A stretch of 64,000 nt of DNA, from assembly GCA_900547775.1 (NCBI GenBank), contig URHW01000002.1:13041-77040 (forward strand), given 5' to 3'. Source of the DNA: an uncultured Mycoplasmatota bacterium (GTDB lineage Bacteria; Bacillota_I; Bacilli_A; RF39; UBA660). The notes beneath the pieces are model-generated. The model was given only the letters and a program-made list of their open reading frames with translations. It was not told where the DNA came from and made no database searches. Below, one piece after another: positions 37,399 to 47,217 of the stretch. The first letter of the stretch is position 1, and each line of letters starts with the position of its first letter. The position numbers and the translations under genes are program-made.

Positions 37399-38751
37399 TT
37401 AAGACCACATATTTGTTAGGTTACCATCTTTTTCGTAATATTTATCCATTAATACTACATGAGTAAAGGTATTTCTAATGTTTGTTTTGGAATATCTTTT
37501 AGCAACGGCACCGCCAAGATTTGGTAGGCTTTCAGCAACATAGATATTGTCTTCATCAATACCAATTATCATACCGATGTGTCCCCAGTAATTTATTAAA
37601 TCACCAGTTCTGATTTTCCCTGATTTAATTAGTTCTGGTGTTAGGCTTACGAATTCTCCTAATTTGGTCATTTGATATGGATATGCACTATCCCCTGCTC
37701 CAATGTCTCCCGGATCAAATCCGGCATTTTTAAGAGCCCATGAGATAAATCCTGAACAGTCTAAGCCATTAGGCTTTTTTGCTCCGACGATGTAACCATA
37801 TTCTGGTGCTGGCTCTAGGTTTGTTAAAGGGCATCCCCAAATAACAGGTCCTCTATATGAGGCGATGATATCATCTTTTTTAGAATCGTCTAGGTATAAG
37901 CCAACTTTGTAGTAACGGCCTTCACCATCGGCAAAGTGAACGCCACTTGGATGAACTCTACCATTTTCATAGAAGTATGGTATTCTGTATTTGAATTCTA
38001 ATGTTAGGAATCTTGCTGCTTCGACGGCACCTGCTCTTGTTTGATAACCACTTTCATTTATTTTAAAGGCTAGTAGTTTATCAAGGAGTTCGGCTTCACT
38101 TTTATTATACTGGTTACATGGAACAATTTCTTTCTTCTGTTCATGGTACGTTGGTTTTTCAATTATGTCGGTAACGATTATTTTAATGCTTTTATTTCCG
38201 GTTTTTATTTCACATTCACCTGATGAGTTTGCTTTCATTGTTCCATCAGATATGCTTACTATGTTTTCGTTACTTGAGGTAATTTTACTTAGTTTTTTGT
38301 TTTTATCAATAACTAGTTCATCGTATTTTAAACTTTTTTCGTCACCGAGAACCATATAAATGATGTCTTCTTCAAAGTTGAATGATAGGATGTTATCTAC
38401 ATAATCAGTTAGGTTTACTTCTTTGGTTTTTCGGTGATCATTTTTAAGATATATTTTATAGTCTTTATTTATATTTAATGTAAGTGTGCAAGAATCATTA
38501 TTTGAAGAGTCTTCAACATTCGATATATCATTATAAGCAATGCATTTAAAGGTTTCATTACTATTGCCTTTAATATTGATATTAAAACTTGTTTTATCAT
38601 CGTTTACTTTTACTACGGTGATGTCGCTGATATTTAAAAATAAATTACTTTTATAATATAGTGCATAAGAAATTATAAGTAATACTAGTATTAATAAACT
38701 AATCAAAACCAACATGATAATACGTTTAAAATCCTTCATATTATTCAACAA
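37399..38751 (-). CDS. Membrane-anchored cell-wall hydrolase with C-terminal NlpC/P60 (C40) domain
   Basis: N-terminal TM; GLDCSGFISWALKNAGF (catalytic Cys) and GHIGMIIG (His) near the C-terminus. Confidence 0.8.
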   Translation of the reverse strand: MLNNMKDFKRIIMLVLISLLILVLLIISYALYYKSNLFLNISDITVVKVNDDKTSFNINIKGNSNETFKCIAYNDISNVEDSSNNDSCTLTLNINKDYKIYLKNDHRKTKEVNLTDYVDNILSFNFEEDIIYMVLGDEKSLKYDELVIDKNKKLSKITSSNENIVSISDGTMKANSSGECEIKTGNKSIKIIVTDIIEKPTYHEQKKEIVPCNQYNKSEAELLDKLLAFKINESGYQTRAGAVEAARFLTLEFKYRIPYFYENGRVHPSGVHFADGEGRYYKVGLYLDDSKKDDIIASYRGPVIWGCPLTNLEPAPEYGYIVGAKKPNGLDCSGFISWALKNAGFDPGDIGAGDSAYPYQMTKLGEFVSLTPELIKSGKIRTGDLINYWGHIGMIIGIDEDNIYVAESLPNLGGAVAKRYSKTNIRNTFTHVVLMDKYYEKDGNLTNMWS

Positions 38752-38849
38752 CCCTTTTACTAATAAAATAAGTATAGCATAATAAAAATAAATAATAAAT
38801 ACTTTAATTTTAAGTTTTTTTTTAGTATAATTGATTCATGAGGTGAAGC

Positions 38850-38963
38850 ATGGCATATAAATCAAAAAAGAAGAGCCTAGGAATGAAGATATTCATTTGG
38901 ATAATGTTACTATCAATGGTTGGTAGTGTACTAGGCACTGTAATATATTATATTTTTGCATAA
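38850..38963 (+). CDS. Candidate 37-aa small membrane protein (DUF4044-like: MAYKSKKKSLGMKIFIWIMLLSMVGSVLGTVIYYIFA)
   Basis: RBS GAGGTG, TATAAT at 38826-38831, basic N-terminus + one TM, followed by a terminator. Confidence 0.45.
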   Translation: MAYKSKKKSLGMKIFIWIMLLSMVGSVLGTVIYYIFA

Positions 38964-38964
38964 G

Positions 38965-38988
38965 AAAAGAGCAGTTATTTGCTCTTTT
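38965..38988. terminator. Hairpin between convergent genes
   Basis: AAAAGAGC(38965-72)/GCTCTTTT(38981-88); overlaps the stop of the sugar transferase gene. Confidence 0.5.
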
Positions 38989-39538
38989 TAAAGTATCCGA
39001 ATATTTCTGTTATTACTTCATATATGCTTAGAAAGAATAGTTTAACGTCTACTTTAAAGCTTTCAATTTTAACGTATTCTAAATCATATTTTAGTTTAGC
39101 ATCGTTGGTGATGTCTCTTCTTCCATGATATTGAGCAAGGCCAAATACGCCAGGTTTAACTTTATATCTTTCGGGATTTAAAAATTCTTTTGGCATTGTA
39201 TCGTCATGAGCCATAAGTGCTCTTGGTCCTACAAAAGACATATCTCCTTTTATAATATTAAAGATGTTTGGTAATTCATCTAATCCACTTCGCCTAAGCC
39301 AGAAACTAACTTTAGTGATTCTTTCATTATGAGAAAGTGTTGTATCATCTTTCATAGATTTAAATTTATATATAATAAATGGTTTCATGTTAAGACCTAG
39401 TCTTTCTTGCTTAAAGATTATTTTGCCGCCTAAGTCAATTTTTAAAATAATATAAACAATGATGATAATTGGCCAAATTAGAGCAAGAATAATAAGACCT
39501 AGAAAGAAATCAATTAATCTTTTAATTTTCTTATACAT
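38975..39538 (-). CDS. Small bacterial sugar transferase (polyprenyl-phosphate hexose-1-phosphate transferase family)
   Basis: 187 aa; N-terminal TM, KFKSM, GLDELPN..N...G.MS.VGPR motifs. Confidence 0.8.
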   Translation of the reverse strand: MYKKIKRLIDFFLGLIILALIWPIIIIVYIILKIDLGGKIIFKQERLGLNMKPFIIYKFKSMKDDTTLSHNERITKVSFWLRRSGLDELPNIFNIIKGDMSFVGPRALMAHDDTMPKEFLNPERYKVKPGVFGLAQYHGRRDITNDAKLKYDLEYVKIESFKVDVKLFFLSIYEVITEIFGYFKKSK

Positions 39539-40187
39539 TGGTATTACCTAGTCTTTTTAAAAAGAAGACTTTCTTTCGCATTTTCATTCTTGTAAATATT
39601 CGATATTTAGGAACGTTTTCTAGGATGCCAGTCTGTTTTTTTAGTAGGTAATTAAAATATTCTTTATTGGAATCAATAAGGATTGGTCCATAGATAAGTT
39701 CTTTTTTACTATATTTTTTAAAGCCTCTTTGGAACATTATATTAATATAGTATTTGCCATTATCATATATAACTGCTTCATGGGCAATGTAAAAACCTTT
39801 ATTAGTTAGAAATCTACGTAATAAGTAGTGGTCGTTATTTGACTGGATGATAAGTTTTTTTATTTGATTTAGTTTACTACTAGATAATATTTTTATTATA
39901 GTAGAAGCACCCATTCCAGAGATAATAACTGTGTCTATATCGTTATTTATCACATCTAGACCATTACCGCATTTAGCAGTAATTTTATCTTCTAGGTGAT
40001 ATTTTTTAACGTTTTTAATACCATTTTCTAAAGCATTTTCTGATACATCTGCGATAAGTACTTTTTCTGTAATATTATTTTTAACCATATATATATCTAG
40101 AAGAGCATGATCACAACCAATATCTGCAACTTTATCATCTAAAGTTATTAGTCCTGCAAGAGATTTTAATCGTTTACTAATTTTCAT
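39531..40187 (-). CDS. trmK: tRNA (adenine22-N1)-methyltransferase
   Basis: VADIGCDHALL SAM motif; conserved position downstream of rpoD as in Bacillus (yqfN). Confidence 0.75.
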   Translation of the reverse strand: MKISKRLKSLAGLITLDDKVADIGCDHALLDIYMVKNNITEKVLIADVSENALENGIKNVKKYHLEDKITAKCGNGLDVINNDIDTVIISGMGASTIIKILSSSKLNQIKKLIIQSNNDHYLLRRFLTNKGFYIAHEAVIYDNGKYYINIMFQRGFKKYSKKELIYGPILIDSNKEYFNYLLKKQTGILENVPKYRIFTRMKMRKKVFFLKRLGNTNV

Positions 40188-40188
40188 A

Positions 40189-41310
40189 TTAATCCACCAT
40201 GAAGTCTTTAAGTTTCTTAGCTCTAGAAGGATGTCTAAGTTTTCTTAAAGCTTTTGCTTCTATTTGACGAATTCTTTCGCGAGTAACGTTAAATCTTTTT
40301 CCAACTTCTTCTAAGGTATAACTTGTTCCATCAATAAGACCGAAACGAAGTTCTAATACTTGTTGTTCACGAGGTTGTAAGGTTGATAATACACTTTTAA
40401 TTTCTTCTTTTAAGATTTCATTAGTCGTATATTCTTCTGGACTTAAACTTCTTTCATCAGGAACAAAATCACCTAAATGAGAGTCTTCTTCTTCACCAAT
40501 TGGGGTTTCTAAGCTTACTGGATCTTGGCTTATTTTCATAACTTCGCGCACTTTATCTGGACTAATTCCCATTTTTTTAGCAAGTTCTTCGTCAGTTGGT
40601 TCACGGTTAAGTTCTAAAGTTAGTTGTCTTTGAATTCTAGCCATTTTATTAATAGTTTCAACCATATGAACAGGAACTCTAATTGTTCTTGCTTGATCGG
40701 CTAGGGCTCTTGTTATTGCTTGTCTAATCCACCAAGTAGCATAAGTACTAAATTTATACCCTTTGTCATAATCGAATTTTTCAACTGCTTTCATTAAACC
40801 GATGTTACCTTCTTGAATTAAATCTAAGAATAATAAGCCTCTACCTACATAACGCTTTGCGATTGATACAACTAGACGTAGGTTAGATTCTGCTAAAATG
40901 TTTTTTGCTTCTTCATCACCATTAGCAACACGAATAGATAGTTCTGCTTCTTCTTCTGGACTAAGCAAACTAATACGACCAATTTCTTTTAGGTACATTC
41001 TTACTGGGTCATTAATGTTAATGTCTTTAGTTAAGTCTTCATCTGTTAGTAATTCAACTTCTTCCTCCTTAACATTTTCTGGACCTGTGGCTTCTGCACC
41101 GCTATTTTCTTCTCCAGATACTACAGTAATGCCATTTTCGATAAAGAGATTATATAATTCGTCTAATGCATCGCTATCAATATCTAATCCTTTTAAGGCT
41201 TCAGCAAGTTGTTCAAAAGTAATAAATCCTTCTTTTTTCCCTAATACAAGTAATTCTTCCTTTCTTTCGTCAAATGTTTTGACTTCTTTAATTTTCTTCA
41301 TAATCTTCAC
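40189..41310 (-). CDS. rpoD: RNA polymerase primary sigma factor
   Basis: Regions 1.2-4.2: [69 protein letters not shown]. Confidence 0.95.
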   Translation of the reverse strand: MKIMKKIKEVKTFDERKEELLVLGKKEGFITFEQLAEALKGLDIDSDALDELYNLFIENGITVVSGEENSGAEATGPENVKEEEVELLTDEDLTKDININDPVRMYLKEIGRISLLSPEEEAELSIRVANGDEEAKNILAESNLRLVVSIAKRYVGRGLLFLDLIQEGNIGLMKAVEKFDYDKGYKFSTYATWWIRQAITRALADQARTIRVPVHMVETINKMARIQRQLTLELNREPTDEELAKKMGISPDKVREVMKISQDPVSLETPIGEEEDSHLGDFVPDERSLSPEEYTTNEILKEEIKSVLSTLQPREQQVLELRFGLIDGTSYTLEEVGKRFNVTRERIRQIEAKALRKLRHPSRAKKLKDFMVD

Positions 41311-43015
41311 TCCCTCGTTTTATTTTGATTATTAAATCATTAATTCTTTCTTTCTCATTGATATCTGTTATTTTTTTTATTTCCTCTTTTAATTCTTTGA
41401 TTTTTTCTTCATTATCCCACTTTTTAATATATTTGATAAGCATTTCGAAGTCATCCGGATCATAATCTTCAATACTTAGTATTTTTAAGATTAAGTCACT
41501 ATAAGGATAACTTTCAGTATATGATATAAAATCGGCTACATTAAATGCATTATGTAATTTATAGTACGCTAGAATGTCATTAGCAATAAGCCGATAAGTT
41601 TTATCTGGAATGTAGCCAAGCCTTTTTTCGTATAGTTTAATATATTTTGAATCACTCATCATAATGTTGATAAGGGCTTCGGCACTCTTCTCGTTACGGC
41701 TGAGTTTTCTTTTATTTATTTTGACCGGTGCTAATTTGACAGGTTCTTTTTTAATAAGTTTACTTTCTAATAATTTCTTATCTAAATTGTACTCACTTGC
41801 TAGTTTACTAATGGTTACACTCTTTAAAATATCGTCATCACTTTTATTAAGTTCTTCAATAACGGAGTTAATGTAATTTGCTAGTTCATCAGCTTTGTTT
41901 AAATTGCTTTCACTTTTAAGCAAGTTCATTTTAAAGTCAAAGTATGTTATAGCACTATTAATCGCATCTTTATAAGTGTCCACTCCATATTTTAAGATGT
42001 AACTATCAGGGTCCTTTTCACCGGATAATCTTACTACGAGAACTTCCAAATTGTTTTTGGTAAGTGCTTCACCATTTGCTAGGGTGCTTTTTTCACCTGC
42101 TTTGTCATTATCCATACATAGGATGATTTTGGCATTAAGTCTTTTAAGTAATTTGATGTGTTCATCAGTTAAAGCAGTTCCAAGTGATGCACAAACGTAT
42201 TTTATTCCAGATGAGTAAACTCTAATTGCATCCATCTGGCCTTCGACTAATATAACTTTTTTCTCTTTAGATGCTTCTGTTTTGCATTTATCATAGTTAA
42301 ACAAGATATTGCCTTTTTTAAAGATGATGTTTTCTCTTGAGTTTATGTATTTGCTATCTGATTCGCCATTAAAAATTCTTGCTGAGAAAGCAACAGGTTC
42401 ACCTTTATCATTATTTATTGGAAAAGTTATTCTTCCTCTAAATAAATCTAGTAAGCCAGTGCTTCCGAAACTTGCCAGTGAAGCATCGATTATTTCTTTG
42501 TCACTATATCCCTTATTTTTTAATAGTTTACTTAGGTTGTTATTGTTAGAAGCAAGACCTATATTAAACTCCTCGATGGTTTTTTCATCTAGGTGTCGCT
42601 CATTAATTAGGTATTTTCTCGCGGCATCACCGCCTGAACCATTTAAATTATTAACGAAGTACTTACTTGCAAGACTTACCATGTCATAGTACTTTTGATT
42701 TGCTCTATTTTCATTTATATTTATATTAATATTATAGCCAATTTTATCAGCAATTATTTTAACTGCTTCAATAAAGGAAACGTTTTCATAATTTTGAACG
42801 AAACTAAAGACATTTCCACTTGCTCCACATACAAAGCATGTATATATTTGTTTATCTGGTGATACACTCATACTAGGGTTGTGATCGTTATGAAATGGAC
42901 ATATCCCAAAATAATTTTTACCTTTAGCCTCTAATTTAATATAAGAACCAATTATAGAGACAATATCAGCATTACTTCTAATATTATTTATATCTTCTTC
43001 TGCAATCCTTGCCAC
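41288..43015 (-). CDS. dnaG: DNA primase
   Basis: Zinc-binding [14 protein letters not shown]...CFVCG, TOPRIM EGQMDA / DNDKAG. GTG 43015 (RBS AAGGTG 6 nt upstream) preferred; the ORF extends to 43024. Confidence 0.9.
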   Translation of the reverse strand: MARIAEEDINNIRSNADIVSIIGSYIKLEAKGKNYFGICPFHNDHNPSMSVSPDKQIYTCFVCGASGNVFSFVQNYENVSFIEAVKIIADKIGYNINININENRANQKYYDMVSLASKYFVNNLNGSGGDAARKYLINERHLDEKTIEEFNIGLASNNNNLSKLLKNKGYSDKEIIDASLASFGSTGLLDLFRGRITFPINNDKGEPVAFSARIFNGESDSKYINSRENIIFKKGNILFNYDKCKTEASKEKKVILVEGQMDAIRVYSSGIKYVCASLGTALTDEHIKLLKRLNAKIILCMDNDKAGEKSTLANGEALTKNNLEVLVVRLSGEKDPDSYILKYGVDTYKDAINSAITYFDFKMNLLKSESNLNKADELANYINSVIEELNKSDDDILKSVTISKLASEYNLDKKLLESKLIKKEPVKLAPVKINKRKLSRNEKSAEALINIMMSDSKYIKLYEKRLGYIPDKTYRLIANDILAYYKLHNAFNVADFISYTESYPYSDLILKILSIEDYDPDDFEMLIKYIKKWDNEEKIKELKEEIKKITDINEKERINDLIIKIKRGSEDYEEN

Positions 43016-43118
43016 ATATATCACCTTAAATAAACCCTCTATATATTATTTATTACCCATAACATGCCTATTTCCTTTATTTTTTTGACAAAAATTGCAA
43101 ATTTTCGCATTTTTTCAT

Positions 43119-43140
43119 AAAAAAACTACCATTTAGGTAG
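43119..43140 (-). terminator. Terminator after the RnfD-like gene
   Basis: Reverse strand CTACC-TAAAT-GGTAG followed by T7. Confidence 0.55.
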
Positions 43141-43149
43141 AATTTTACT

Positions 43150-43995
43150 TTATTTTAATAGTTTATCAATATATTTATGCATGATACTTACTAAGAATAT
43201 TGCACTAATTACTGCAAGTGATGGGAAGCTAAATGATAAAATAAACATTAAGATTCCTAAAATTAATGCATAACATATTCTTCCTCTTTTAGTATATGAA
43301 CTAGTACTTCCCATTGTGCTTACAAACACTAAACTAAAGATAGTTCCATTAGAAAGTAATCTAACAAACAAGCTATTAATATCACCAATAAAACTTAAAT
43401 AAATAACCATTAAGATGCTGTAAGTAAGAAAACTATATAAAGGTATTTCTCTTTTATAAAAGGCTTTAGTAGATAAATAAAGATAACTTGCAAGAGATAG
43501 AAGTGTACATGATGCATTAAGTCCTGCACTACCCTTTCCAAGTAAGTAATCTAGTCCATCTAAATTGGTATTGCTATTTATAACTAAATTTAAATAACTG
43601 GTTTCATAAAAATTGCTTATTAAAATAACAATTAAAGCTATGACACATACTATATTTACATTATTCTTATTAATCTTCTTATAAATAAATAATGATATAA
43701 AACATATAAAACCAAAAACAATTATACTTGTGTTTGGAAATACTAGTGAAGCACTAAGAAGCCCATAAAATGGATAAAAACTTGTTAATGGTTTTTTCTT
43801 TTCTAAGATAATACTTACAAGAGCTCCAGAGGCAAAACCGACTAAATCTAATATTAGTGGATGAAGTATAAATATGCCATCATAACCTTTAATTCCATTC
43901 TTATAAAATCCAAATATTAAAAGAGGAATAATACTTATATAAAGATAACTAATTATTTTTTTTATGTTTGTCTCTTCTCTTACAAAAGTACTCAT
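43150..43995 (-). CDS. RnfD/NqrB-like integral membrane protein (divergent)
   Basis: 281 aa polytopic; LLGKGSAGLNASCTLLSLASYLYL and STSSYTKRGRICYALILG align by eye with the RnfD G..GE.S and DP.T.P..GR..YG regions; FMN-attachment SGAT motif not found. Confidence 0.55.
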   Translation of the reverse strand: MSTFVREETNIKKIISYLYISIIPLLIFGFYKNGIKGYDGIFILHPLILDLVGFASGALVSIILEKKKPLTSFYPFYGLLSASLVFPNTSIIVFGFICFISLFIYKKINKNNVNIVCVIALIVILISNFYETSYLNLVINSNTNLDGLDYLLGKGSAGLNASCTLLSLASYLYLSTKAFYKREIPLYSFLTYSILMVIYLSFIGDINSLFVRLLSNGTIFSLVFVSTMGSTSSYTKRGRICYALILGILMFILSFSFPSLAVISAIFLVSIMHKYIDKLLK

Positions 43996-45098
43996 TTTAC
44001 TACCTCTCTTTTACTAGGACACATGTATGTACATAAACCACATTTAATACATTTATCCATTTTATAATTAAGTAAAGGATCACACCCCATCGGACAGACC
44101 ATATTACATAAGCCACAGTTAATGCAATCTTCTTCTTTAATAATAGTTTTATCTATTAAAAAGATACTTCTTACTTTTGGTGTTACAACACCATCAAGGC
44201 TCTTTATTTCATATCCACTCATTAAGCCATTAATTATAACTTTTTTATCATCAAACATACCATAATATCTATTAATAATATCTTTAAAAGAAGAACTGTT
44301 TTTAACGTGAAAACTTTTTCCCTTAGCCCCAGGAACTTTAATATAGATATAAGTCTTATCACTGGGTCTTCTTTTCTTAAGAGCATGATATATTTCCATA
44401 ATTTCACTTACGCTTAAAAAGCAAATACCCTTATCCATCTTATTATTACTTACAAGTTCTTTAACTAAAATATCTTTAAAACCTAATGGATACTCTGAAG
44501 GCATGAGCCTTAAATCAATATTAGGATAAGTACCAATATAATTAACTAAAGAGCTTACTACGTCTGAATCACCACTATTTACAGTTAAAAAACACTTATG
44601 AAAATCAAAAATACTAACTAAAGCATCAATACACTCAAGTAAATTATCCGTATTCTCACAAATAATACTAGAACAAACATGTTCAAAAGGGTCTTTATCA
44701 AAACCACTAATTATGAGTGTTTCTCCATTGATAGATTCACTTATATCAGTATAACTTTTAATTAAGCTAGATGCTTCTAATTTATCATAAAGTCTTAAAT
44801 TACGTTTACTATATGTAATATTTCTTTTTCTTTCTTCAAAATCGTTTTCAATAACAATACAAGGCCTATATTCACCATCACATATCATCCTAGTAGCACC
44901 TTTAATTTCTCCACTAACTGGACTATAAATAGTATTACTATCACTTTTTAAAATAGCATCATTAAAGCACACTTTATCTCCATCTTTTATACATAGCCTA
45001 TAACTCTTATCATATGGAACATATACTAAATCAGGATCTAAAAATTCACATAAAGTACTTTCATAATCATTATCTTTTATATTAACAAACTTTCCCAA
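43992..45098 (-). CDS. RnfC-like iron-sulfur protein (divergent; nucleotide-binding motif missing)
   Basis: N-terminal barrel-sandwich (SPVSGEIKG), SLBB-like segment (VIINGLMSG), two 4Fe-4S motifs CINCGLCNMVCP and CIKCGLCTYMCP; the GLGGAGFP motif is absent. Confidence 0.65.
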   Translation of the reverse strand: MGKFVNIKDNDYESTLCEFLDPDLVYVPYDKSYRLCIKDGDKVCFNDAILKSDSNTIYSPVSGEIKGATRMICDGEYRPCIVIENDFEERKRNITYSKRNLRLYDKLEASSLIKSYTDISESINGETLIISGFDKDPFEHVCSSIICENTDNLLECIDALVSIFDFHKCFLTVNSGDSDVVSSLVNYIGTYPNIDLRLMPSEYPLGFKDILVKELVSNNKMDKGICFLSVSEIMEIYHALKKRRPSDKTYIYIKVPGAKGKSFHVKNSSSFKDIINRYYGMFDDKKVIINGLMSGYEIKSLDGVVTPKVRSIFLIDKTIIKEEDCINCGLCNMVCPMGCDPLLNYKMDKCIKCGLCTYMCPSKREVVK

Positions 45099-45175
45099 GC
45101 TTATTCACCTCTAATATAATATTATTTTACTAGAATTATAAAGAAAAGTCTATCTATAAAAATTAGGTTTAAAAT

Positions 45176-45200
45176 AAAAAAATTAGGCACTTAACCTAAT
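45176..45200 (-). terminator. Terminator overlapping the topA stop codon
   Basis: Reverse strand ATTAGG-TTAAGTG-CCTAAT followed by T7. Confidence 0.55.
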
Positions 45201-47217
45201 TTTCTGTGTATGAACAACTAGAACATTTAATCTTTTTATTCTTTTCTGTAAGCATTGCTCCACATTCTGGACAAGTTTCACCAGTTGGTTTGTCCCAGTA
45301 AGCCATTTTGCATTTTGGATAGTTATCACAGCCATAGAAGATTTTCCCTCTTTTAGAATGTTTTTCAACTATATTACCACCGCATGATGGACATTTACAT
45401 ACTACACTTGTTTCTTTTGGTTTAATGTATTTACATGTTGGATAGTTAGAGCATGCAGTAAATTCTCCATATTTACCAGTTCTTATTACAAGTGGTGCTC
45501 CACATTCTGGGCATATTTCACCAGTTTCTTCGGCTTCCTTTTTTTCCATTTCACTGAAGGCTTTTTTTACTAAAGGTTCAAATTCATTATAGAATGTTTT
45601 AAGTACTTTGATGTTATCTTCTTTAGCATTAGCTATTTCATCTAAATCATTTTCCATGTTTGCAGTATATTTAACATTTATAATATTTGAGAAGAACTCT
45701 TGTAATTTATCTGTAGTTTCAATACCAATATCTGTTGGATAGAATTTTTTATCTTGAACTTTAACATAGCTTCTTTCTTTGATTGTTTCCATTATTTTTG
45801 CATATGTTGATGGTCTACCGATTCCTAGAGCTTCTAGTTCTTTAATAAGAGTGCTTTCGGTAAATCTTGGTGCTGGTTTAGTAAAATGCTGTTCTTTTAC
45901 AATATCTTCTGAGACGATTACTTTTGTTTTGTAATCACTAAAGTCTGGCAAGATAACTTCTTCACTATCCATATATTTATTATATGCTTTTAAAAATCCG
46001 TCAAAGGTTATTACTTGACCTGTTGCTTTAAATAGATAGCCATTGTTTTCTAAATTTATAACTGTTGCTAGAACTTTAGCATTTGCCATTAAACTTGCTA
46101 AGGCTCTATAGTAGATAATTGAGTATACTTTAAGCTCATCTGGTGTTAGGTATTCTTTTATAGAGTCTGGTGTTCTGGTAATAGATGTAGGTCTAATTGC
46201 TTCGTGGGCATCTTGCACGTTTTCTTTGACTTTACTAACCTTTACGTGGCCTACATAGTCATCACCATAAGTTTTTCTAATGTATGAGTATGTATCTTTA
46301 ACAAACACATCTGATAATCTTGTACTATCTGTTCTCATGTAAGTGATTAAACCGACAGTTTCTGTTCCGATATCAACACTTTCGTATAGTTTTTGAGCTA
46401 TTTTCATAGTTTTACTAGCACCAAAGTTATATTTATTAGCACATGCCTGCTGAAGCGTACTTGTTGTAAAAGGCATTACACCTTTCTTTTCTTTTTCTTT
46501 TTTATCGATGCTTTCAATATTAAAACTTTTTGATAGTTTAGCTAGAATTTCATCAGCTTCAACTTCACTTTTAACATCTATTTTTTTACCATGATATTTT
46601 TCAAGGTCTGCTTTAAAATCTTTAAAATCTGCGGTAACAGTCCAATATTCTTCTGGAATAAATGCTTCAATTTCTCTTTCTCTATCTACAATAAGTTTAA
46701 GTGCTACACTTTGAACACGGCCTGCACTTTTTCCTCCTGTTTTAGACTGCATAAGTTTAGATAATCTAAAACCAATAATTCGATCAAGCATTCTTCTAGT
46801 TTCTTGAGATTTAACTAGGTTATAATCTATTTTTCTAGGTCTTTTAAAGGCGTTTACAACAGCATCTTTAGTTATTTCATTGAAGACTACTCTTTCATAT
46901 TTATCATCTTTAATTCCTAGAGCATCTTTAATATGCCAGCTTATTGCTTCTCCTTCTCTATCGGGGTCGGTTGCTAGATATACCATATCACTTTTTTTAG
47001 CATCACTTTTAAGTTCCTTAATAACGTTTGCTTTGCCTTTAATAGTAGTATAGTTAGGTTCAAAGTTATTATCTACATCTATACCTAAACCATATTTACC
47101 AGTAGTTGCTAGGTCTCTAATGTGTCCTTTGCTGGAAACTACTTTATAATTACTGCCTAAATATTTACCAATTGTTTTTGTTTTACTTGGGGACTCCACT
47201 ATAACTAAATTACTCAT
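45196..47217 (-). CDS. topA: DNA topoisomerase I
   Basis: TOPRIM (LVIVESPSK), DPDREGE, catalytic GLITYMRTDS, three C-terminal C4 zinc ribbons. Confidence 0.95.
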   Translation of the reverse strand: MSNLVIVESPSKTKTIGKYLGSNYKVVSSKGHIRDLATTGKYGLGIDVDNNFEPNYTTIKGKANVIKELKSDAKKSDMVYLATDPDREGEAISWHIKDALGIKDDKYERVVFNEITKDAVVNAFKRPRKIDYNLVKSQETRRMLDRIIGFRLSKLMQSKTGGKSAGRVQSVALKLIVDREREIEAFIPEEYWTVTADFKDFKADLEKYHGKKIDVKSEVEADEILAKLSKSFNIESIDKKEKEKKGVMPFTTSTLQQACANKYNFGASKTMKIAQKLYESVDIGTETVGLITYMRTDSTRLSDVFVKDTYSYIRKTYGDDYVGHVKVSKVKENVQDAHEAIRPTSITRTPDSIKEYLTPDELKVYSIIYYRALASLMANAKVLATVINLENNGYLFKATGQVITFDGFLKAYNKYMDSEEVILPDFSDYKTKVIVSEDIVKEQHFTKPAPRFTESTLIKELEALGIGRPSTYAKIMETIKERSYVKVQDKKFYPTDIGIETTDKLQEFFSNIINVKYTANMENDLDEIANAKEDNIKVLKTFYNEFEPLVKKAFSEMEKKEAEETGEICPECGAPLVIRTGKYGEFTACSNYPTCKYIKPKETSVVCKCPSCGGNIVEKHSKRGKIFYGCDNYPKCKMAYWDKPTGETCPECGAMLTEKNKKIKCSSCSYTEN

